A stretch of DNA of 64,000 nt from Gordius albopunctatus (taxonomy: Eukaryota). The translations under genes and the position numbers were made by a program. The stretch spans positions 12,958,001 to 13,022,000 of the forward strand of contig OZ193909.1 in assembly GCA_964276515.1 (NCBI GenBank), written 5' to 3'. The notes beneath the pieces were generated by a model. It saw nothing but the letters and a program-made list of their open reading frames with translations, was not told the DNA's origin and made no database searches. Numbering within the stretch: position 1 is the first letter of the stretch; the number at the start of each line of letters is the position of its first letter. This document shows, piece after piece, positions 11,960 through 24,600 of the stretch.

Positions 11960-12547
11960 CTCGCGGCATATTACATTAAGTTCACTTCGAGACTTTAATT
12001 TTTTTTATTTATATGTTATTTATTTGAACGTAAGAAGATTATAAAAACGAATTGTCAACATTCGAGAAATATAAAAGCGGGTGTAAAACTAAATAAAAAT
12101 ATTATGATTCAAAAATGTCGCATATGTCATCTTGTAAAAGTGGCCAACTGTCGGCCAGAGATTTAAAATTGTACTTTGCTATAAAAATACCAATTTTTTT
12201 AATTGACTCATTTTTATTATCTTATATAACTCGCGGCATACTTCTTCGCGACATTAATTGACTTAATTGTATTATCACATATATAGTGATGCGGAAAAAC
12301 CGAGAAAAATCTCGGTCTCGTCTCAAGACGAGACGAGACGAGAATTTGAAAAACGGAGTCGAGATCGAGATGAGAATTTTGATGTCGAGACGAGATTTTT
12401 TCGGCGAGATCTCGACTTTTTATTGATCGTTAGATTTTTGTAAATTATTGTGTATTTTAATTTGCATGATTTACATTTAAGGTATTAAGTGTAAATCAAT
12501 ATGTATAGAATATATTTGATATTAAAAAAATTCCTAAGTGTAGTAAA

Positions 12548-15500
12548 TGTAATGTATGCAAATACTATATACCTAATTGGTATGATCTCGAGGGTTCGAA
12601 TTGAAACGCAATGTTAATTGATTGTTAATTGGTTGTAAATCGAATGTCTATTTAAACGTGTTATTATAATTACAATGGTCACTTGGTTCTTATATGTTAC
12701 CTAATAAACCAGATACTTTATAATGGCGACGAGGATTTAGAAACCCTTGGACCTTAAACTCAACCTCGTGTAGAAGACGCTCCCTACATCGTTCAACTTA
12801 AATAATTTATTATCCATATTATTTTCAGATGGACATCAAACCGGAGACGAATTTTTCTTGCGATTAATCAAAGGAATTAAAGGATTCAATTCTGTATAAT
12901 CCAAGTAATTCGATTGATGACTATTTATTTAATATTGAGCTCTTATTCAAGTTGAGAGATATCACGGGAGAAAGGCGAAAAACTTTGTTACTCACTTACG
13001 TAGGTTTTAACAATCTAACAAAAATAAGAGACTTTTTATATCCAAAATTAGTAGACGAAAATAATTACTATGAGATAATTAAAGCCCTTAGGAGTATATT
13101 CGCCAATAAGTTTTCTATTTATCACCATAGAGAACAATTTTATAAGGCAAGTAGAAATAACGAAACTATTATTGAATTTAGTATTCGGTTGAAATTTCTT
13201 TGGAAAAAATGTAAATTTGGAAATAATCTAGACGAGGTATTAAAGGACATATTTGTCCTAGGATGTAACTTACCAAGGCTTAACATTGAGTTAAGAGCTA
13301 AGTATCCGAGAGGTAACATAAGTTTCGAAGAAACAGTTAATCTAGCATTGGCGTTAGATTCGGTAGAACACGAAACATCGGGGGCTGTTGAAGTAAACAA
13401 GGTTAAGCAGTCGTTTAATAACTTCAATAATAAAGATGTACATTTTCCTAAATTTAGCAAATTTAGGAAAAAGCCACCCCTTAAATGTTATCGGTGTGGG
13501 AAACCAAACCATATAGCAAAAAAATGTATAACGGTGACGAATACGTTATCAGCCATCAACCACGACTCCGATTATTACACCAAGGCCCACATCAACGTAC
13601 GCATTAAAGATGTGCCCTATGAAATGATCTTCGACACGGGTGCGACATGTAGCGTAATTGATGAAATAACGTGGTTTCGAATCGGAAAGCCTAAACTTCA
13701 CCAAACTCCGAAGATATACGGCTATGGTAGAACGGCTATTGCAACACTTGGTAAAACCAAAGTGAAGGTGGACGTCGGTGGTGTGACAAAGTACTTAGAT
13801 ATTTATGTCATCAAAGTTAAAGGTTCAGCAATATTTGGTATGACATTTATCTCAAAATTTAACTTAACTCTACCAAAGTCGGTTTGCCTAAAATCTATTA
13901 TTGAAATACCTTCAAATGTACATGCAATTATTAAACAGTTTCCCCACGTCTTTTCCGAAAAATTAGGAAAAGTAAAAGATTTCAAAGTGACACTCGAAAT
14001 CAATGATAACGCGATGCCAAAAATGTTTGCAGCGAGAAGAGTACCGTTTCCACTACGACAAGTTGTAGAAGATGAACTCCAACGGCTACTTAACGAAGAC
14101 ATCATTGAAAAAATTAATCCTACTTTAACGCCAATTAAATGGGCTACGCCAACTGTAAATGTTAATAAAACAGGGCAGGTGCGTATATGTGGTGATTTTC
14201 GTTTAACCATAAATCAACACTTGGCTAAAGATCAGGATATTTTACCAACTTTCAGCGACGTGGCTGAAAGAATAGCCGGAGGTAAAATTTTTTCTATCAT
14301 TGACCTCAAAGATGCCTTTTTACAACTTGAACTTAATGAGAAATCAGGGAAATATTTAAACATATCAGCGCATATAGGATATTTTCTTTATAAGAGATTA
14401 CCGTTTGGGCTCACAACAGCGCCGATTATCTTTCATAGGTTTATGATACATTTGGTTAATAACATACCCGGGGTGAGCGTCTTTATGGACGATGTTATAA
14501 TTCGCGGTAAAAACGAAAAGGATCACTTAAATAAATTAGTAACAGTATTAAATCTCTTTCAAACGGTTTGGTTAACAACATCTCAAACAAAAATGCAACT
14601 ATTTAAAAAGTCTGTCAAATACTTAGGACATATAATTAATAGTGAAGGCATAACAGCGAGTGAGGATAAGATTCTAAAGATTAAAAGTTTTAAAACACCC
14701 GAAACAAAAAGGAACTTCGTTCTTTCCTTGGGTTGGTAAACTATTTAGAAACTTTTATCCCCAAACTTGAGATAAATTGCGCTCCTTTATACAAATTAAC
14801 TTCCATAAATACAAAATGGGTATGGGGCGACTGAGAAAAATTAACTTTTGAAAAAGTTAAAACTACAATCTCAAACAGAAAAACTATAGTGCCTTATCAA
14901 AAAGAATTGCCTATCATAATTTCAATCGACGCGTCAGATTTAGGTTTAGGAGCAGTTATAGCGCATAAGTTTTCCTCTGGCCAAGAAAAATCTATTGCCC
15001 ACGCCTCTCGTTCCCTAAATTCCGCCGAGAAAAATTACTCCGTCATCGACAGAGAGGCATCGGCAGTAATTTATGCGATAAATAAATTCCATCAGTATAT
15101 TTATGGTCGTAAATTCACAATTCAGACAGATCACCACCCTCTTATAAATATTTTTGGGACAACCCGGGATCTTAGTAAAATAACCAATAATATGTTACTA
15201 AGATGGGCAATTAAACTACTTCAATATGATTATGATATAAAATACATCCCAGGGTCAGGGAAATCTAATCAGTGTGCTGATGCACTTTCTCGGTTATGCC
15301 CAAAGGATTCACCTCATAATTTAAACATAGATAATAATATACGAAGAATTAAATTACAATTAATCGATGATTTGACTTTGAATACAAAAAATATTGTAGA
15401 GGAAACAATAAAAGATAATGTACTAAAAAAGTTATAGAGCAATTTAAAAATAGATGGCAAGGCTCTTCAAATAACGATAACGTACGAAAATACCTGCAAT

Positions 15501-16750
15501 TAAGAAATTACATTTCTTTCGAAAATAATCTTTTATTTTATAAAGATCGACTTATAATTCCGGAAAAATTAAGGCCAGATATTCTTAAAATTCTACATGA
15601 TGGTCATCCGGGAATCGTGGCTATGAAGTCATTAGGGAGATACTATGTGTACTGGAATAATATTGACGTAGACATAGAAAAATACGTTAATACCTGTAAA
15701 CATTGCCAAGAAGAACGACCAAACATTAAAGAGGTACCCCTATACGCTTGGAACGTTCCTAACAAGCCTTGGGAACGGGTCCACATAGACTTAGCGGGAC
15801 CCATCAATAAGAAGTATTGGTTAGTTTGCATTGATGCTTTTACAAAATGGCCCGAAGTAATGGTGCTAGGCGAGATAAACTCAACAAAAAATTATCCAAA
15901 ATTTAAGGAAAATTTTTGCACGTTTTGGATTACCTAGATATATTGTCAGTGACAATGGCCCACAATTTAAATCTACGGAATTAAAAAGTTTTTAAAAACA
16001 ATGGCATAGTTCAATTTACGGGACCGCCCTACCACCCCAAAACTAATGGTTTAGCCGAGAGATATATTAGAACTATTAAAAGTAAGTTCTATGCGAATAA
16101 AAAGTCGGGGGTAAATGACTCGTTAAACTTACTACAAGTATTAATAAGCATGCGTAGTAGTCGAAACGTGACTACAGGTATTAGCCCGGCTGAGGCGATG
16201 TTCAATCGAAGGATTCGTACGAAGCTAGACCAGCTCAGAAGAACGACTCGCGACAAGGTTGAAGAATCGATCTGCAAACAAAAGTACTATAAAAACTGAT
16301 GGACCCAAGAAAGATTCTTCGAACCCGAGCAGCAGTTGTGGGTACATAATGACACAAGTCCGGGATGGAGGGAAGGACTTGTAGAAGCCCGAACAAGTTT
16401 GAATACGTATGACGTTAATATAGACGTAAATACAAGAAGGAAACACGGAGATCAGTTACGGGAAAGAAAAAAAATTGACCAAGGTGCGGTGTCCGAGCGA
16501 AACATTCTAGAACACAAAAGGGTATCCAAACCACCTCATCAATACGATGGAGGGCAACTTTAAAAGGGGGAGTAATGTAATGTATGCAAATACTATCTAC
16601 CTAATTGGCATGACCTCGAGCGTTCGAATTGAAACTCAATGTTAATTGATTGTTAATTGGTTGTAAATCGAATGTCTATTTAAACGTGTTATTATAATTA
16701 CAATGGTCACTTGGTTCTTATATGTTACCTAATAAACCAGATACTTTATA
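12548..16750 (+). mobile_element. Ty3/gypsy LTR retrotransposon, Mag-like, full length but inactivated
   Basis: 175-bp LTRs at 12548-12722 and 16576-16750 (5 mismatches). PBS TGGCGACGAGGAT matches the 3' end of tRNA-Ser(GCT). PPT AAAAGGGGGAG. 5-bp TSD GTAAA/TTAAA. Confidence 0.95.
12829..16563 (+). pseudogene. gag-pol polyprotein, disrupted
   Basis: ATG 12829 is in frame with ORF 12952 but has a TAA at 12865. Motifs: CCHC knuckle CYRCGKPNHIAKKC, protease FDTGA, RT FMDD, RNase H DAS...TDHHPL, integrase HHCC and WERVHIDLAGP. Several frameshifts and stops. Confidence 0.92.
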
Positions 16751-18644
16751 TTAAATATAATATTTTTTTGCAGAAAATTTAAAAATTGGCAATCATTTAC
16801 CTAAGTAAGATTCACCTATATGGTATGTTAATAATTTTTTATTATCTTTATCACCTATTTGTATCTATAGCACTATTAAATATTGAATAAATTTTAGGCT
16901 TAGAATGAGTTTTGATGGAATACTAAATATTACTAAAGCATATTTATATTTTGCAGTTACTCATCCTGCATAATGCGATAATTATAAATTGGTAGTCAAT
17001 CAGTTTGAAAAATTGGTTTAGATTTTTGAGCACCCGCCTAACGATTTCAGAAGTACAATAGAGTATTTAATTATACCGTAATAGATTAAATCTAAATCAT
17101 GGATTTTTTAGAAGTTTATTTTTATGCTTCAACTAATACTATACCTCCCAAATTTTTGAATTTTAATAAGACATTACGTGAATACATAGATTTGTCATAT
17201 GCATTACTTTTCACATTATACGCTGGGTTGGCAGGTGCATTTAAATTTATTATATTTCCATAATTGTGCAATATAAAATAAATACACGAACCTATACTGT
17301 ATTCGATAAATAACTATTTAATGGCAAAGTTAGTTGGAATTGGTAGGTAATTATTTGGAATATAAATTTGATTATAATGATTTGTCATAAATTTAAATAC
17401 GTGCAATTTAAAGTTTAAAACCTTATCTTCTTAATCCTATAATGCTGCTTTTATTGTTGTTTTTACAACGTTTTGATATGTGCCTCTAGTTATCGATTCT
17501 GTAAATAATAATATTATCATTAAAAGTCACTCGCACTTTATGTTTTATAACTCTATAGTAAACATGCAATAAACACTATGGTATATAATTGATGATGGTA
17601 ATAATAAACTAAGTCAACAACAAAGGGTCTCAATTTGCTCAATTATGCAACTAAGTCAACTATAAGCGAACGTATTATTAAGTCTATTTATAGTTGACAA
17701 AAAAGTGAATTTGATACAAATGTTATAATTTGCTAGAACATTCACATTTAATTTTCTATACTTCAAATTTATTTATAGTCCTTTAGTCTGCACTTTCCAT
17801 AGAAAATGTTATCTTTATGAATTAATTTACATCTTTATATTGTCAATGAGATGTCATGTCCCGCTAAATCTTTAAAAAGTTTGTGTATTAAGTTTTTTTA
17901 AAAATATAAAAATTTGCCATTTGGATTTTTTAACACTTTTTTAATATTTTTAATAAAACAGGAGAAATTTTTATTCAGTATATATTTTTTTTAAAAAGTC
18001 GAGACGAGACGAGAATTCTCGTCGAGACGAGATGGAGATTTTTCTAGACCGAGACGAGATCGAGATTTTTATAATCGCTCCCGAGACGAGACGAGATTTT
18101 GTTTTCGAGACCGAGACGAGACGAGATCGAAACACTACACATATAGCTCGCGGATTCATCAATAAATGTTAATTGACTTAATTTATTATTTCGATTAGCT
18201 CGCTATTATGTAAAGAAGTGTTTTAAAGTGTTTAACACTTCCTTATCACTTACTTTCTCGCAAACGTTTCCCTTTTGATTGATATTAAATAAAGTATTTA
18301 TTACTTAATAGAATCACACGATATGAAAATGCTAAAGATAAATAAATATCTATGTAAATTAGAACTGTTAATTAACCAGATGCATTTAACTAGTTCCTGG
18401 AACTAGTTTCCTTCCTTTAAAGTTGCTGTAATCAGTTACTTTTGCTCCAGAGGAACTGTAACCGTAGTTAGTTACATTAATTCAGTAACTATTCTACTAA
18501 AGTTACAGTTACTTTTTAAAAAATTTAAAATTGATTAATTTTTTTAAAAGTAACATAATTTTCTATTTATTAAATGGCATACGAAAAATTACATTCACGA
18601 CTAAAAAAAAAATAAAAACGCGCTATAATTAAACGAATGGCATT

Positions 18645-18985
18645 GATACGTGTATGGAAATCGTGTTGGATTTAACGATTTCCATTGTGATTTTTTGCCT
18701 GATAAAAAAGTACTCTTTTGAATCTAATGAGACGTTGGAGATCGCTTTTCCAATTTGTTTCAGGAGAGCGAGAGCTTCAGCGCCTAAATTTCCAAGTGGT
18801 TGCCACTACGGGAATGAATACTGCGTCCGCGAGGGAGGAATATTTGGTTGTCTTCTTATTCTCTGCACTGGCTGTAAGGTCGGGAGAGGAGTTGGATGGG
18901 GCAAATATGTCAACCAAGGTGAAGTCCCAAGTGAGATTCAGTCCATGGGATCATGGGATGAGTGTGACGCCCTCTGGTCTTATTA
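18645..18985 (-). mobile_element. CRE-like non-LTR retrotransposon 3' fragment (restriction-like endonuclease)
   Basis: Minus strand reads RPEGVTLIP*SHGLNLTWDFTLVDIFAPS...AENKKTTKYSSL...FIPV, matching the RPDG-x-WD-x-K..KY pattern of CRE-clade RLE domains. Contains a stop and frameshifts. Confidence 0.75.
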
Positions 18986-20263
18986 AATTAATTTATATAG
19001 GAGGATCGTTGCAATCAAATTATCGAAACTATATAAATCGGGACATCTAAAAGTTTTAAATTTAATATGTATCTTTTTGTACCTTTTATTAATCCCTTTA
19101 ATTATTGCCTCTTTTAAAGGTTTACACCACTTTAATATTCAGTAAATTTATATTTAAGAAAATGATAAATTATGACACTTGTAATTTTCTAATAGGGTGG
19201 ATTATCTTTTCGAAATAGTATTTAAATTTAAAGGGATGAACACAAACTATACGTGTATCCAATTTTTAAAATGAATTGGACGTGGATCCGTGTTGAAAAG
19301 AATAAGAGAATGAAAGAAGACACATTAAATTATATTAATTCATTAATCCATCACGAGGAGGAACGACAGGGCCTAAGTTAGATTTTTTTAAATTTTCAAA
19401 GTCGAAAAGGATCCATTTTTTTATTTGCCTTAAACAAAAATTAGGTAAATATATTTTTATATCATGTCCAATATTACATGGATTGTTTAAGGTCTAACAT
19501 CTTTTAGAAGAGTTTTACCCTCATATTCGATAAGAACGTCTAACATCTTGTTGCTTAAATCTTTATTGTGTCAAGGAGTGAATATTCGAATGTGATTTTA
19601 AATGTGCATTGATTTTGTTTAATCTTTGAAAAGTTTATTGCTAATATATTTTAAAATTAATTAATAATCATTGCGGTGTTTATAATTAAACAAGATAACA
19701 CCTATATGATTTACGAGTGCCAAAATAATAAGTTGATTCTAATTACTGCCATCTAATTGGTATTTAAATTAGAGATTAATTAGGCAAAATATATACATAC
19801 GGGAGTGATATATTTTTTTGAAACTATGACAATTTATTTTTGGCCCAATCGCCACTTAATTTGGACCTGATTGTCTGGTGTGTTTTACAGAGCCCTTTTC
19901 ATGGCAATTGTTATAAAGTAAAATTTAGATATTGCTGACAGACATGATGGTATATTGTTAATCTCAAAATTGATTTTATGCACCAAATGTTTTTAAATCG
20001 TTTTATAAGGCAACGTTAATTAAGTAAGGGAGGTTGTTCCCCAAATATGAGGTAAGATGAAATATGTGCTTAAGGTTATCATGTTTTTAATTTAAAATAA
20101 ATGAGAAATGGTTATCATAAGAAAAAACTCCATTTTTAACACTAGGAGGAAAGGGATAAACTTTGCATACACTTTTTAAATTTTTTCTAAATTAAGAAAC
20201 ACTACTCTCATTTCAAGGTGTCCCCACCAGGCATAAAATAAAGTCACTTTAGACTAAATACTA

Positions 20264-21384
20264 TCTATATATATAAAAATCTAAGTCCCTTTTGTTGAAC
20301 GCTAATAACTTTTAGACTTCTCAACCGATTGCCACCAAATTTGGCCAGATTATTGCCTTAGCATTGTAGAAGGTTTATAGATACTTTTTATCAACCTGCG
20401 ACAGCGGGAACCCTATTTTTTGGTAGTCTATACCGCCATCTAGCGGAATATTTATACTACGTTTTTTGTATTTATTTATCGTTATGATCCTACTTTTTGC
20501 CTTAAACTTTTTTCCACGATAGCTTTGTCATTTGTTTCTCAATTTTTTACTGAAATACGCCCGTTTTTTTACAATATATAAACCTGTAACCTATAAATAT
20601 TCTAGATACCGTAAAACATCACCATTTTCTTAAATAAATATAACGCGCGCTCATATAAACGTTCCCACGTTTCGTGTTTTTTCCCCATTTTTATGAAGTT
20701 CTAAGCAATATTTGCATATGTTTTCTACATTTTTTTATTTAAGTGTATTTTAAATTTAGAACATAATTATGTAACATCAGAGCGTTGATTCTTTTCTCAT
20801 AGCAATCCAAAGTATATCTTTATTTGTGATTTGCTGTTTATATTTTTTAATGCATCTGTGAGAGGATAATTGTACAAATACATGTAGAGTTGTAAGGTAT
20901 AATTTAATTTAATACCAATTGTATTTATTTTCTTGATAACAATTGATATATATGGTTATTTAAAATCTATTTTACAATATCTTTAAACTTTATTAAAGTC
21001 TATGTTAGTTAAGTAATATCCTCAGAGATTTAAAGTCTCTTAACAATAAATTTAATACTAATTTACTTGCCAACATCAAGCAATAAATAATTACAATTCC
21101 AGGAAAGCTCATAATATTTAAAATCCATATATTTAATATAATTAAATTTTCATAGCAATTCAATGCTATCTTAAATTCTAATTTCATGTTTATATCTTTT
21201 AAATTGTTATCTTTAAACTTTATTAAAGTGTATGTTAGTTAAGTAATATCCTCAGAGATTTAGTTTTTTAACAATAAATTTGATACTAATTTACTTGCCA
21301 ACATCAAGAAATAAATAATTAATAGGTTATACTTATTTAACAACTTGGACTGAGCCCAAGCAATGCTTGGCCGGGCACAGCTAG
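20264..21384 (+). mobile_element. non-autonomous Helitron
   Basis: A|TCTATATATATAAAA start; 3' hairpin CCAAGC-AAT-GCTTGG then CACAGCTAG|T; no TSD. Internal ~115-bp duplication at ~20978 and ~21208. Confidence 0.85.
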
Positions 21385-21612
21385 TATAATATAAAATTAT
21401 TGTAATATGGTTTTAAATATAAACATTAAAATTTAAATCAATTTATGTATAAGCGACAATAATGTACGTTAGATAGCTAAGGGAGTGAGTAACAAAAAAA
21501 GATTAGATGCTATAGTCGACATGCTTTAAAATGTACAAAAGAGTCTGGATATAAATTTTACCATACTAACACACAGACATAATATCATAAATATATATAA
21601 AATTATAGATCT

Positions 21613-24600
21613 TCAGGTAGGTGGAAAGGGGTTGTTTCCCATTTTAGCTGTGTTAGTTTCATTCAAGCGAGCGAACAAAGGTTTGTCGACATCGATCAAA
21701 GATGTGGTAGACTTAGTATTAACTCCGGATGATGAACTCAGTATTCCAGTCACGGCTAATCTTTTGGGCACTAATTGCAGTGTATTTGATTGATCTTCTG
21801 GAAGGACCTCGGCGAGTAACTAGTGAAGCAAAATATATTATTACTTCCAATTTGGCAATTACAGGTTCTACTAAAATTTTATAAATTAGCTATAAAACCA
21901 TTGAATATAATTTGCTTTGCATTGATGCGTGCGTGAGACATATTTTAAAACAAGTGCTTTAAATTAATTGCAATAAGGAGACGTTTGGTATTTTAATACA
22001 TTTTTTACAACAATAAAATTCCTATGTTGTTAACATAGTAAAAATATTAACAAACATGTCAGGCAAAGCCATTTGGGCCTCACCCCGTCAAAAATCAACG
22101 TATAGCTTAATAATAATATTGGTAAAAATAAGGTAATAATTAAAAAGATCATTATTGTGTTTTTTATAACATACAAAAGCTCCTTTACTTAAAATACTGT
22201 TCATCTCGGACCGAAATTTAAACATGTTAATAAAACAAACCAAACTGATACAAAGTAAAGCACTCAAACAAGTTTCAAACTTAACATGAGGCTCTTAAGA
22301 TAACATGGTGCTTTATAGTCCCTATTGATTTGACTATTTTAAACAATCGATATCTATGTAAAAAGCCAAATAAGTTTTAAATTTGCTTTAAACCTATAAA
22401 CTTACCGTTTTTATGTCGGACTTGGTCATGTCTCCTCTAATAAACAATATCTGTGACAAATTGTCGTAAGTAATGTCCTTGTGCTTGTTTATTAGGCCCG
22501 ACAATTCTAGCGTCATGAGAGAAGTGTCGCGCATTTTAATTATTTCCGCAATGATGATTAAACAGTTTAAAGGCGAAGTGAAATCTTTAGCCTTGACAAG
22601 TAAAGCCGCATCCTCCTCCATTTTGTATTGTTTGCTCGGCTAGAAATAAATAAATTTTTTAGAACTTTATAAATCCATATATATAATAATCGATAATATT
22701 TATTTTTAATCTATATATATAAAGTAAAGTCTATGTATGTATGTGTGTATGTATGTAAGGGCGAAATTCTGAAACTAACGGCCCGATTCGCGCGAAAATT
22801 AAGTCGTAGATGCCCAGGGCGGCCAGGGGTAAAATAGCTTTTTCAGAATCCTAAAATACCTTTTCGTTTTAAAAATATCGCACATTTCCCGGCCAGTTTA
22901 ATTTATAGCAGCATATACAATAATGACGTCATATATACAAGGCTGAAATTTTCTTGAATTAGATATTTAAAAGTATAATAAAAATGTTACAGTATACGGT
23001 CAAAATTTTTTGGGTTTAATCAACTATTTAAATTAAATAAATAATATTCAAATTAATAGCTTTTGCAGAATCCTAAAATTCCTTTTAGTTTTAAAAAAGG
23101 GATAAATTCTGAAACTACCGGCCCAATTCGCTCGAAACTTTACCCGTAGGTTCCCAGGGCGGCCAGGGGTAAAATAGCTTTTTCAGATTCCTAAAATACC
23201 TTTTTTTAAAAATATCGGACATTTCCCGGCCAGTTTCATTTATAGCATCATATACAATAATGACGTCATACATACAAGGCTGAAGTTTTCTCGAATTAGA
23301 TATTTAAAAGTATAATAAAAATGTTACAGTATACGGTCAAAATTATTGGGGTTTAACAAATTATTTAATTTAAATAAATAATATTTAAATTATTATCACG
23401 TGGTCGATCATAGAAGCATATTTTTAATAATTATCCATCCTTCAATTAATTATTTTATTATATTAAAGAAAATTGTATTTCAAATAAATCAGCTAACTAG
23501 AAAAATAAAATAATGGTATTATTGTATAATAAGTAACAGCATTGATCAGCAATTTTTTCAAAAACATTTAATTTTATTCGGATTTGATGACTAAAACATA
23601 ATTCGCATTTGGTTTGTCTTATTATATATATACTAAAAATAGTGGGTTCATAAAATCCATGTCGTGATAAAATTCGTGCTCTAAATAAATATTATGGATT
23701 TTTTATTTATTTGAATTATTATTTCATATATGACCCTATTTTAGATAAGTCTTATTAATAGGTTATACTTATTTAACCACTTAAGGACTGAGCCAAAGCA
23801 ACGCTTGGCCGGGCACAGCTAGTAAACAATAATATGAATAATAATAACTGAATATCTCCATAAATTATAGTTTTATTGTACAAAATGAATGCCCGGCCAA
23901 GCGTTGCTTTGGCTGAGTCTTGAATTCCAAAAATGATTAGTATTTGTAAATGATGAAAAGATTATTAAATAAATTAAAAGTAGGGGCCGTGGAGGGGGCT
24001 AGGACAAAATGGAACAACAGGAAATTTAAACTATAAATTAAATGTCTTTACCAACTCGGTTTCGGTTTAAAATATTAAAATAGATAATAAATGCAATAAT
24101 ATAAAAAAAACTATTGATATATAGGTAAAATATATAATGATTAGATGAATAAACCTTGAAAAATGACAATATAAAAAGTTAATTTAAAGTATATTTAAGC
24201 ATAATTTATGTTGAGTTAAATAAATTATGCGCCACAATGCATTATTTCTAGGGTCCCTAAACTGTAAAATTTGCATCGTTTCTTATATAGTGCTTATAAT
24301 TGGTTAATTTTTGAAGCCCGATACCCGTGTCCTTAAATCATCGAAAAAAGCCGTTAAATTGTTGACTTCCGATATCAGCTTGTCACTCGCTTCCTTCCTT
24401 TCTTCGTAAGTCTTGAAAATATATCGCCTGCAATGATACAATCAAAAAAGTACAAATACGCATAAAATAATAGTTTTATACTTAAATAGTTAGTAGACAC
24501 TCTTCTAAAATGCGAAGTAAACTATTACCAATATTATTATAATTTACGCGTTCAACTTAAGAGGTTAGATTTGTTTAAATTTTTTTGCCTAAACGCGGCC

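Larger units (their letters stand above)
12284..18137. mobile_element. hAT-type element with GAGAC subterminal repeats, hosting a gypsy insertion
   Basis: Ends TAGTG...CACTA with perfect 8-bp TSD CACATATA (12276-12283 and 18138-18145). Dense CGAGA/GAGAC arrays at 12300-12420 and 17998-18130. No readable transposase. Confidence 0.85.

Noticed and set aside
12300..12420. Regular GAGAC repeats here and at 17998-18130, superficially array-like
   Set aside because: No constant repeat with unique spacers; these are subterminal repeats of a TSD-flanked transposon in a eukaryotic genome, not CRISPR.
13140..14210. Minus-strand ORFs of 106 and 135 aa, and similar ones at 37401-40920
   Set aside because: Antisense to gypsy gag/pol with no independent features.
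18654..19050. Two 110-aa plus-strand ORFs, one Cys/Gly-rich
   Set aside because: Antisense shadows of the CRE-like endonuclease remnant.
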